A DNA stretch of 64,000 nt from assembly GCA_039621445.1 (NCBI GenBank), contig CP154954.1, forward strand, positions 43,274,632-43,338,631, in the 5' to 3' direction. Positions 33,380 through 44,966 of the stretch are shown in pieces; within the stretch, counting starts at the first letter, position 1; each line of letters begins with the position of its first letter. The notes below the pieces were generated by a model, which ran no database searches, was not told the origin of the DNA, and saw only the letters and a list, made by a program, of their open reading frames with translations. The DNA comes from Euglena gracilis (Eukaryota). The translations under genes were made by a program, and so were the position numbers.

Positions 33380-35128
33380 CCCCCGCCCGGCCGGCGCCGC
33401 CACCATCCCCCACACCGCGCGGCCCTGTGCCGCCACACCTCACCACTGCCCCGTCCCTTTGGCACAGACAAGTGTGCTGGCCCTCCCCCTCCCCCGAGCG
33501 AACCCCAACATCCCTCGTCTCTCCTGACCCTCGTCCGTTGCGGTGCGACGGCGCTTGTGAGGCCCACCCCGGGGCCAGGGGTGTGTGCCGCCCGCCGTGC
33601 TCTGGGGGTGGCCTGGCTTTGCCCTGACAGGGACAGGCTGCATTTCTTGTAAACCCCCCAAAAATCAGACCTCCCCCCGGGCGGATTGAGCAAAAGCTCA
33701 ACAATTAGACCCCCCAAATTTAAGCCCCCCCCCCCATGACGATGCCAGGTGTCAAGGACGGTGAAAAACACCTTGAAAAGTATTCCGATTTTGTGGACAG
33801 AAAGATGAGATTGCTGATATTCTGGGATTTTTGAGGCCCGAAAATATTGTGAGTTCTCGATCAAGCCAAATTTCACACGGTGACAAGCGGAGAGTTTTGG
33901 GGCTTAACCCCAAAAGGAAGATTTTTGGGGGCCTGACTGGTCGGTCAACAAAACATCCAAAAATAAAGCCTCCCAAAGATAAGACCACTTTTGAAGGTTT
34001 CCAGCAATGAACCCAGAAATAAAATCCTGGTTTTTGGAGGGGGGTTATTCGGGGGGGGGGGGGTACCCCCACCATTTCCATTTCCATTTCCATGCCCGAA
34101 TTTATGTCCCTAAAATTACATAACCCCTACATTCAAGCAACCTTTGGGGCCAAACCGACCGACACCCAAATTTAAATTTGAATAACCCCAAAGTTTAACA
34201 GAGGGAATTTGATGGCCGCATTTTTCCCGCAATTTCGCAATTTTTCCGCAATTTTTCCGCGACTTTTTCATTTTTTCCCGCAATTCTTTCCTCTCTCCTG
34301 AATTTTTCTGCATGAACCTGATTCCAGCCATTTCTCAAACGTTTCACAAGGGCACCCAGGTGCTTTTTGCTGCTATTTTCTTCGCAAGTTTGCCAAATTT
34401 TGCAAGTTTGTAAATTATAAAAATTTAGCAAAATTTTTCGCAAAAATTGTCAATTGGCTTTTTTTTTAGGTTTTTCCCCGATTTTTGCTGCGAAATTTTT
34501 TGGACCCAGAAAAATTCCGCATCCTGACCAGATTTTACCTGATACCAAAGTTTTTTGTCATTTTTTTTTCCATTTCAGATTTTCCATTTCCAAATCAGCA
34601 TGTTACCAAAGTTACAAAAAAAAATGTTTTTGGGAGCTTTTTTTGTTGGAAAAAATGTGGATAACGACTCAAAGTTTACACCTGTGTTGCAAAATGGCCA
34701 AATTCCTGAAATTCTTATGAGTCCCCTCCAGCAGACGTGCATTTATTCCCAGAACTGCAATTTCCGCAATTTTCCTGCAATTTTCTTGCAATTTTTCCGA
34801 AGGCATTCGATGTCAATATTCCCTGAAATGCAGGTAAGATTAAAGGAAAATCTCCAATCCAACCAATCATCAGCAACGAAGCCACAAGTTTACAAATTAC
34901 TGCCTTTTTTCAGAGGTGCATTTTCCTCAAAGAATGTGCCACCTCCTCCTTTCAATGGAAAAATGGCATTTTTTTCGTAGACCCGTGTGGTCCAAGTTTA
35001 AGCAACCCTTCCAAATGCAGCAACCCCCACAATGCTTATGTTTGGGCGGGGGGGGTACGTTGGGTCACCCCCCCCCAACCGCCTCGCCGCCCCCACTCCC
35101 CCTACACACGCAGAGACCGCCCCCTCGC

Positions 35129-38100
35129 ATGTCGCTGTCGGCGGGCCTCGGCTCCTTCGGCCCCGCTCGCCTCGCGGCGCTGCGCCCGCTGCTGGGGCCG
35201 CTGTGGCACGCCGCCGCTACGCTGGCCACCGCCGGTGGGGCCGGCCTGGCCGGGGCCGGGCAGAATGGCACAAGTTTGGGCCTCGGATGACTCGCAGTAC
35301 TGTGAGCTGCAGTTGTGTGCAAAGGTTGGTTAACCTTTGTTACCTTGGTTACCTTGGTCACCTTGGTTAACGTGCCCGTGTCAAAATACTCAATGCTGCT
35401 CACCCACCCCCAGAAAACTGTCATGCCCGAGAACCTGTACCTTGTCAATGTGGGAATTGTCAGGGTTCCCAGTACCAGCCAACCTGTCAGGGTCATTTTC
35501 ATTGATGTTCCTTTGAAATCCCCCACCCGAGAAATTTTCAGAGTCCCTCCTCGGAAACTGTCAAGGTCTTTGGTACCGCCAACCTGTCAGTGTTGGAAGT
35601 TGTTAGGGTCCCCGGTAGTCAGGCGACAGTTTCCGGGGGGGGGGGGGGGCCTTTCACCCGGCCAGGCGGAGCAAAAAAAGAGCACTGGTGTAAGGGGTAC
35701 CTGGCCACTCACCACACAGCAAGCTGGGCCAGAAGCGAAGTCAGCGCCGGCCATAAACAGACAAGAAGCCTTAGTGCAACTAAAGGGGGGGGGGGTATTT
35801 AGTACCTGAACCACAAACGAAATTTAAATTCTGCATCTGGGAGAACCCCTCTTTCTCTCGTTGCATTTCGATTGCCCAAAAGTGTTCCTGACAATTTTCT
35901 TCAGAAGAGTTTCCAGGCACCCAACCATAGATTCATTTAACATGTGTGACCCGTCCCCGGGGGGTGGGTTTTTGAGAGTGGGTGGGTGGGTTGGGGCCAG
36001 GGAAAAGTGCCCACCCCCCCCCGGGTCGACAAGTGAATCTATGCACCCAACCCCCCTCCTCCTCTAATCTCATTGATCCTTGCAAATGGAGCGGGCCAAT
36101 ACGTCACCCAAGCGATGTTTCTCAGTCTTGCCAGAATCGCCCTGAACAGCAACCGACGGCTCCATCCCCATCGTATCCAAAACCCAGTTGACGGCCCGCA
36201 TCAGCCGCCACCGGGAGGAGCCATTCCAGCCAGGTGGCACGTGGCCGGGCTTTTTGCGCATGCCGCACTCCGTTGGGGGGGTGACCCAAATGTGCCCACA
36301 GCACACGCGCACATGCATACACCCATACACCAACACACTCATTTACATATTCACTGCATTGGTTGGTAAGTTCTTGCCCCCCCCCCACACACAGGGAGCC
36401 AACTCTGGATACAGCCTGTTCATACGCTCACACGCATATGCAAAGTGGGCAGTGGAATTTCGGCTGATGGAGGCATCTCCCAGCCCAACTCTGACCCAGT
36501 CCATGCTGGAGCAAGCTGGGGCATATCGGAAGTGTGAACCAAGCACAAGCCAGCCGCCTGTCTCTGATTGTGGGACGTCCGCACCCCTGCGGAGGTCCAG
36601 CAGGGAGCCATTCCGACCAGCCAGCATGTCCCTGCCGGCCCATTGCTTGCAGGCAAGGCCAGAATTTGGCAACCCACCCACCCGCCCGCCCGCCCGCGCG
36701 CACACACACGAGAGAGAAAGAGAGACCCGCACATAAACGCACACACGCACACAACAAAAACACACCACGCCTACACACAAACACACACACCATACACACA
36801 GGCACATAGCACACGCGCAGAACATGCACACACACACACACACCCTACACTCACACACACACACACACACACCGGTGCCGTGGTATTTTACCCCCAAATA
36901 CTTTTTGGCGTTTTGGTTTGGTTTGGGCTTACAAAAGGAGGTCAGGTGGGGGGGGGGGGGGGGGCTCAGGCCGACCAACCAGACATTCACAACCCCCCAA
37001 AAAGGCTCCGGTTGTTGTTTTTTTTCATTTACCACACCACCCCCAAAACTGATTTATTGCATTTTTATGTACCGACCCTCACTCAGGGAGATAAAGACAA
37101 AATCTGTGAGGGGTGGTGTTTTTCGCCCACAAACAGTGCTGCAAAAAAAATCTCAAAGAATTAATCTGAATGGTGCACATTTTCCACCTCCGTCCTGGGG
37201 CCGAAACAAGACACTCATTTTAAATCCCCCCCACGTATAACCCGCGGGGTTATCAATGAAAGAATTATTGGTGAAAACACCAATTTTTGACAGAAACGAT
37301 TTAAATTAGCACTCTAACAACTCACGCTGGAAGCTGGTAACCTTAGTGTTGTGGAGTCCAGCCATTTGCTTCATGGGGAGCACTGTTTTTTCTGCTTCAG
37401 GAGGGGAAGGGCCAGTTCCCTCCGGGGAAGGAGGGAAGGGGGAGGGTTGGGGCATCCGTGGTGGGGGAGTGGGGGCGGAGCACAAGGCCGGCGCCGCTCC
37501 AGGCTCTGCTGCGAGTCACAGCCGCGGAAGAGGACCAGTGGGACGCGTTCTTCCCTGCCCAGGGACAGGCCCAACGGGTTGGCACCCAATTGTTCATTTT
37601 GATCGGGGGGTATTTTCATTGCTGGTGTGTCTTACATATGCACCCATTTGTTGCAGGCACGTCCCATTCACACCTCACATCCACCTCAAGCTGTGTCCAT
37701 GCCCCCCAGACCTGACAAACAAAAAAAAGAAGAATGCACCGTTCCATGCATACGCATTTGCATATTTTATTCGCATATATATTCGCATATATTCGCATAT
37801 ATATTCACATATCATATATTCGCATATGTCTGTGTGTGTGTATTTTCATATATATATATATATATATATTCGCATATTTGTTTCTCTTTTCCTCGTTTCA
37901 TCGTTCCAGTTTGGGCCGCCTTGCCATCGACGTCACTCTGCCCAGCTCCGACGAGGATATCATTGTCTACTGGCCGGGGAAGGACCCATTGTGTCTCACG
38001 GTCCCTGAAGGGCGTTGGCTATGGCAAACGCCACCTAAAGCCTGGGATGCACAGGGAGGACCCCCCGGCCTCCCCTCCTCCCAACACGGGCCCCACGGGG

Positions 38101-38331
38101 CCAGGTGGGAGGGGGGGACAAGAAGGACGAACCACATCGGGACAGTCTGGGGGGCCGCCGCTGCCGTGAAACGTCCCCCCTCCCCCCCCCCCCCCACGCC
38201 GCTTCCATCTCCTCCCCCGCCGCCGCCCCCCCGGCGTCCGCTCCGACATGGCGGCGAAGCACCTCCGCCGCCTCGGCTTCCAGCGCGTGGCGAACTACGC
38301 CGGCTCCTGGTCGGACTGGGCCCAGCCCTGA
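35129..38331 (+). CDS. Single-domain rhodanese/sulfurtransferase with an N-terminal extension
   Basis: DVRTPAEVQQGAIPTSQHVP (about 36574), LPSSDEDIIVY (about 37940), GVRSDMAAKHLRRLGFQRVANYAGSWSDWAQP* (38233-38331). The first exon MSLSAGLGSFGPARLAALRPLL.. is assigned tentatively, and the catalytic-Cys junction is unresolved. Confidence 0.85.
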
Positions 38332-39020
38332 GTCCCCCTCCCCGTGCCGCCCCCGGCCGTCGCCCTGTGTCGCGCTGGCGACCTCGTCCCGGCCGCGATG
38401 GGCGACTCGCCACTGGGCCCCGGCGACTCGCTCTGCACTGTGTTGATCCGTCCCCCGGCGTCCCTCCCGCCCGGCCCTCCCTCGCCGCCAGGTTGAGCCC
38501 CACCTCCGCCCTCTCCCCACACCTCTCCCAACTCCCCCGGGCCGGCCTTGACATATCCGGTGAGAAGACGACGGCATATGCCACTCTGTGTCCCCCAGCC
38601 CCAGCTCTCCCAACGTCCTGCCTGTGCGTGTTTGCCTTGGGGGGGAACACAGCGTCCTCTCTGTCTACACCCTGGCCAAAGGAATCCAGCAAAACAGTTC
38701 CCCAGTACCCCCCCCCGTGGGTGGAAGCCCAAGGGAAGCCCAAGGGATGGATTTGGGCCAGGAACGACACCCCCCCCCCCCACAGCCATGCCTCTAGCAG
38801 CCCCATTCTGCCAGTCTGCTCTCCAATGGGAACTCTGGGATAGCGCAATCGGAGACACAGCTGCGAAGGGGGAGGAAAGTCTGGTGGGAGCTGCGCTCAA
38901 GACCCTCCTGCTGGGTCGGGTCATTTGTGGCGTTCCCCGAGTGGTCCCTGGTCCCCGTTTGGCCCTCGGCAGTGGTCCCGGCCATCCTTCTTGTCCGGCC
39001 TGCGCTCGGAGCGGCCCCGC

Positions 39021-42000
39021 ATGCCTCCCCACAACCCGCGCAACAACCCGGTCATCAACCGCCTGCACAACGAGGTCGGCGTGTCGCGGTCCCTCGGCCT
39101 GGTGCCGCCCCACGGCTTGTGTGTCTCCTCTGCCCCCCCCCCCACGAAGGGGTGACTGCGGAACCCCGCCGACGTGCATTTCTCCCTCCCCATGTGTTGC
39201 GGCACCGGCCCAATCAATGTGCATATTATCGTATTACATTATCATATTATATCATATGATATTACATTATCGTGTTATTAAATATTAAACACATGTGATT
39301 GGCCTCGAACCTTCGGTGCCACACGTGCGCCTCTTCCCATCTGCCCCCCCCCCCAATGGCCGGCAGGCAGCCGTCCATTCATCCGGTGCCCCCGCAGCTC
39401 CCCGAGTGATACGTTCGGCGCGCGGACGAAGGAGGACCCGGAGGGGGCCGGGAGGCTCATGTTCCAGTGGCACGCCCCGCCGCCCCGGCCGGAGGTGGTG
39501 GACCACGGGCGGGACTTCAAGCGGCTGAACGCGGTGGCGGTGCACCGCGGCGTGGCCGAGGGGGCCCCCGTTGCCTGCCCCCTCCCGACCCTCCAGCGCG
39601 CACCGCTGGTGTCGAGTGTGGTCCAGTGGTGAAACTTTGACCCGACCGCCAGCCATGGACAACCGTCCAGCCGGCTGTTGGACTGACAGGCACCCTGACA
39701 AAATTTATGGGATTAAGTTCATTTCTTTAAACAGAGAACGGCGTGGGGTCGTGTTTCCGTGTATTTGCACAGCAGCGCTTTGTACGTTGTGCATGCGCAT
39801 CCGCACATTTGTACGCCTGCACACACGTTTGCCCGCATGAAACGTGTCACAGAACAGCGGCTCCCGTCCAATGCTTCGGACGTCGCCCAGTTCCGGGCCA
39901 CTCACGATTGCCGGCTGACCACCAAGCCCGGCATGGTGCTGCGGCTGAAGGGCCAGGCGTGTGCCCCCAAGCCCGATCACGGTCTCACGCTGGTCAAGGG
40001 ACGAAAAGACAAGTGAGTCGTCGGTGTCGATGGTCGATGGAACTCAGGTTTTGTTAAAAATAGAGTCGCAGGATGAGTGGGTTCTGCTGGATGGACGAAG
40101 CGGACGAGTGAACCAAGGCCGGCAGAAGGGGACATAGCTGTTCACCTTACATTTCACATAACCCGACGCTCTTAGGCGGCCTAATTTGCATTTAAGCTTT
40201 TTTCTTTTTATTTGCGCATTTGCGCAAATTTACGAATTTTTTGATTCTGCTTTGATTCGGCTGTGAAGGTCAGGGGGGTTTGAAAACACGTTGACAAGAG
40301 AGTGCAAAAAATGAGCGAAATTCTGTTTTTGGCGGTATGACCCCCGGGACTTTGGCGGAAAATGGTGTTTTGGGGGTGTGCGGAAATGGACTTTGTAGGT
40401 CGAAACCCCCGGGACCTTGCCGGCCCACACTGAAAAAAAACGCAAAAAAGCACCATAAGAACGGGACCTTTCCTGCCCTTGTTGCTTCTTTCGGCTGTGT
40501 CCCCGGGTGTGCCCGAGCTGCCCGTGGTGTGAGTCCTGGGTGTTTGCCGGACTGCTTTGCTTGCGGCGCCTTGGTGTGGTGTTTTGGGGCTGTTTGTTAA
40601 AGTGCGGGGAGGAAGTGCCGGGGGGTGTGGGTGTGGTGTGACGGACGAAAGGGAGAGGAGGGTAAGTGCGGGGTGTTTGGCAAGGGAAGCGCAGGGGGGA
40701 AGGAATAGGGTCCGCAGGGAATGAAGGGGACGGGTGTCTCACACCCGGCTTATACCCGGGATCCGCACAACCAGTTGTGTGGCAAAGAACCCAGCGGAAG
40801 AAGCCCAACACTGGAAGGGCAAAATTGTGTTTATTTGCGCAAATGCGCGCACCAACACGTTTGTGTTTATTTGCGCAATTGCGCAAATAAACATAAACAT
40901 GTCCTTCAGGGATTGGGCTTTGGCACCCATGAACTGACGCTGTTGATAAACGGCGTGACATAGGGGCCGTGACGGCATGGACCAATGGGCCGTCCAGTTG
41001 GTGGGTTTGTCACAGTGTTTGTCAACGCGCAAGCTTATGGGCGCAAATGCGCGCACAAACACAAATTATGTTTATGCGCGCATTTGCGCGAATGCGCAAA
41101 TAAACATGTTCTTTGTTTATTTGCGCATTTGCGCAAATAAACACAAAGAAGAACGGTGTGACGGAAACATAATTGTCAAACACCGACAGCAGATGTGGTT
41201 TATTTGCGCATTTGCGCGCATCACGTTGTTTGTGGGCGCAAATGCGCAAATAAACTGCATGAAGAAACTGCACAATTTATAATGTTTATTTGCGCATTTG
41301 CGCCCACAAAACAACGTGATGCGCGCAAATGCGCAAATAAACCACCAATGGAGAAGTAAAAAGCGATTTCATTTGGCCCTCCTACAGCTACCCTTAGTGG
41401 CTTCTGAATGGGTTCAACCCAAATGAACACACCGTCTCCTCCAGCATATGGTGTTATTGCGCTGTTTTTTTTACCATTGACAGGTCCCACAAAAGATGGA
41501 GACATAGGATCTCTTGAAGGTGGGTTCACAGCCACCCAGTAACGGTGCACGTCCACTGGCACCAATTTTTGGGTCCCAAGGGCCCTGCCGCTGGCCTGCG
41601 GCCTCGGCTCCGCTGTTGCAGCCACATCAGCTGCTGATGCTTCAGCACCCACCAGACCGGCATCGACCTCCCCGGTGCAACAACACCCACCACAGCGGCC
41701 ACGTTATTCCCCGCAACTGGGGTGTAAGACTGGGGGGACGACGTGGTGCCAGTGCATGGCAACCAGCAGCTGGAGAAAGGTAGCCCTCAAACACCCGTTA
41801 CTTTGGGTGCAAGGAAGCCTTGAAGCTTTACCACTGCATTGGGTGCATCAAAGCGGTGGGACTCACTCCCCCCAAATTATGCACAAAAACTGGTGTTTTT
41901 TTACATTTTTCAAGGGAAAAATGGCAAAGAAAACCATAAAACGGACTCCGGCCGGACACGTCCCGGGCATTTCAGGTGCCAAATTTTGTCTTCTTGTAAC

Positions 42001-44966
42001 GCAGTCCTGTTGCAGAAAAGGAGTCGAACAGTCACAGGTCGTTTGCACGTCATCAATTCATGACGTTTAACTGCTAAACAGATGACGTCAAAAACAACAG
42101 GCCGTTCGGGCGGGTAACAACAGTGCAAATGTACACACGTAAAACAGGCAAATTTTGGCTAGTCACATGCCGTGTTCCAGTGAACACTCCACACCACCTC
42201 TTACCACAAATTTCATCACCACGGAGGAATTGCGTTCGTCAGCTGTCACGGAGGAGGAGATGGTATCGCACAACTGATGTGTGTTGGTGCGCGCATTTGC
42301 GCAAATAAACACAACTTTGTTTGTGTGCTCTAAGGCTCCTGCAAACACATCATTTTAAAGCGGTTTATTAAATGTTTGTGCACACCAACATGTATTTTTA
42401 TTTTCTATGTTAAAAGACACCAATGAGGACCATGACCCTACGAGGTTTTTAAACGTGATGGGCGTGTTGGTGCGCGCAATTGCGCAAATAAACACAATTA
42501 TGTTAGTGCGCGCATTTGCGCAAATGCGCGTGTCAAAAGAATTTGTTTGTGCGCGCATTTGCGCCCACAAACACATCATTTTATCGTCATCGGTTTACGT
42601 TTTATTTGCGCAAATGCGCCCACAAACACAATTGTTTTTATTTGCGCAAATGCGCCCATAAACGCACATCAGTTGCGTGATGGCTGGCTGACGTTGTCTG
42701 TGGTGTGTGATCTAATGAGGCTCTGTGTGTTCTTACCGGTGGCGGTAGTATCCAAGTCAGTTCAGCCAGCACGTCAGCACCATTTCCAAGTGTCGTAACA
42801 CAGGGTGTGTGCCTCCCTCCCGTTTGATGTACAAGAGCACCACTCTCACCCTCAGCCATATCCAGGTCGCTTGGTAAGCAGCATTTACATCAAACCACTG
42901 GGAGTTAATCCCCTTCAATACAGGAGTGTCACAGCTCATAATCTGTTATCCCTGTGTCAGGGTACAGGGTCCACGATTTTCGCAAAATTTGCGCATTTGC
43001 GCAAATGCGCAAATTCTAAAGGAAAAACCCTTAAGTGCGAATTCGGCCGCCTAAGACGCTGAACGTTTGGCATGGAGGCTGCCGGGCTCGTTCTACTTCA
43101 TTCCCAGAGTTGAGCTGTGGCAGGACATCCTGTTCCCCCCGCCTGCCTTGTCGCTCTCGCTGTGCTGCCACAGTGCCCCACCAAACAGGACGTCGACCAC
43201 ACTTACGGGGCTCCTCGACCAGTCTATTGCTTACAGGTTCGCACTACCCCAGGGGGGGGGGGGCTGGACTGCAGCCAGTCCAAATTTGGCTGGCGGAAAT
43301 CCTTGTGGACCCCAGCCACTAGGCCAGAGCCAGTGCCAGGTCCACCAGACTACAGCCAGTGGACCCCACGGGGTCCTTAAGCAATGGCCTGTCCTCGACC
43401 AGTGGAGCCACCTGAGCGCAGCCCCCCTTGCAGGATTCCCTTGCTGTTGTTTGGCCTGCTCCAGGGGGCTTCCACCTGCCTTATTTGTGCCTCTCAGGCC
43501 GAGCCCCCCCCCCCCCGAAGTTGTCAACCGCCCCACCTGCAACGCTCCCCTGCGCCGAACCCACAAACCGGACCCAAAAGCCCACGGGGGTTGTGGCGGA
43601 GAAGTCATAGCGGGAAACGGTTTGGTCTCCTCTCGAACCTTGGGGATCCGTAACGCGAAGATGCAACGGAGGGCCGCGTGTCCCATCGGGGACCTCCTCA
43701 GCCACACCTACGAGCATGAGTGGCTGGAGGCCCGCGACAAACGGCTGGCAAAGGCAACGCAGAAGGCATGTGGCTCACCTCCCTCCCCACACTGGGCACG
43801 CACACTCCACACATTATGACTGCTCCAATGTGCATCAGAGTTCATACAGTTCCCTCCAACCCGTTTCTTCTTTGTGTGCGTGCTATACCTCCCCCCCTGG
43901 TGCTTGGCTCCCCTCCTCCTTTCATGCAAAGTGGTCCATTTGGTCTGGGCTTTATCTTGCGACCTTGGCCGCGCTTTTTAAGGTTTTTTGTCCCATTTTT
44001 TCTTATTGTCCCGAGATTCTCAGGATGACAAAACTTGGCCCCTCAAGGTTGGCCCACCGGCTTTACACCTTCAGTCCAAACGGGAAAATGTTCAGATTGC
44101 ACCTGTGGCTGCGCGCCTGTGTGCTTTCACACGTCCATGCACAAGTTCATGTGCATCTTCATTGCAGAAAGCAGGGGACCGCCCGGCCCAGGACACGTCT
44201 CAGCCGAGCAGCCCACACAGCCCGACCCGGTGTGCCTTTGTGTTGGGCTTGAAAGGAGTGGAGTGTAAGATGGCCAAGAGCAACAGGGCAAAGGAAGTGA
44301 AAGCAGAATTGGGGTGAAAGGTTTATTGCAAAATTTTGAGTGAAATTTTAAACCTGTCCTTCTGCGGCTGCTGAGCATTTCTGACGTTTTGATCTTTATT
44401 ATTTGTGTAGTTCTATTTTTTTGGCGGCGTTGACCCACCGTTCAGGGTTGCTTTCAAAAAAACATCTTGCGGCAGTTAATCCCCCCAAACAATACCCCCC
44501 CCCTTGGGCTCCGACTTCAACCGAAAAATATAATATCCACCATCCCCCTGATTTTGTGCTGCTAACTTCGATTTTCACCTGAAAAATGTGGGTGCCAACT
44601 TTTATTTTCAACTGAAAATGTGGTTGACAATGTCCAAAAGTGCAGAAAATGGCCAAAAGGGTGGTTTTGTGTGTTATTTTGGGTCGCATGGATTTTCGAA
44701 AATGTTAAAGTAATAATCCCCCCAAATAATACCCCCCCTCGGGCGGCGACTTCGGGCGGATAAATAATACCCATGGAGGGTGTTATTTGGGAGGGGGGTT
44801 TACAAGAATTTCTTATTATTTTTGGATCCTTGCTGCGACCAGCGTGGTGTGTGACAGGGTGTGCCGCGTGCCGCTCACCAACTCCATGGCGAGGCTGGAG
44901 CCGGCTCGCCTCTCCCCGGTACGCGAACGGCACGCCGCGGACGTCATCGACGAAGACTGCCCCTGA
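39021..44966 (+). CDS. CFAP77: CFAP77-like (C9orf171/DUF4483) flagellar microtubule inner protein
   Basis: MPPHNPRNNPVINRLHNEVGVSRSLGLVPP..TFGARTKEDPEGAGRLMFQW..RDFKRLNAVAVHRG..NASDVAQFRATHDCRL..TLGIRN..CPIGDLLSHTYEHEW..DEDCP*. The motif order matches the CFAP77 family as recalled; no search was run. Confidence 0.8.
40171..43055. mobile_element. 2885-bp TIR DNA element with 5-bp TSD inside a CFAP77-like intron
   Basis: ACGCT|CTTAGGCGGCCTAATTTGCATTTAAG ... CTTAAGTGCGAATTCGGCCGCCTAAG|ACGCT. Imperfect TIRs of about 70 bp; internal clusters of TTTGCGCAwwTGCGCAAA. Confidence 0.9.

Noticed and set aside
40830-42665. CRISPR-like array of palindromic repeats
   Set aside because: Spacing is irregular, repeats vary in length and orientation, no cas genes are present, the context is eukaryotic, and the repeats match the TIR of the enclosing element.
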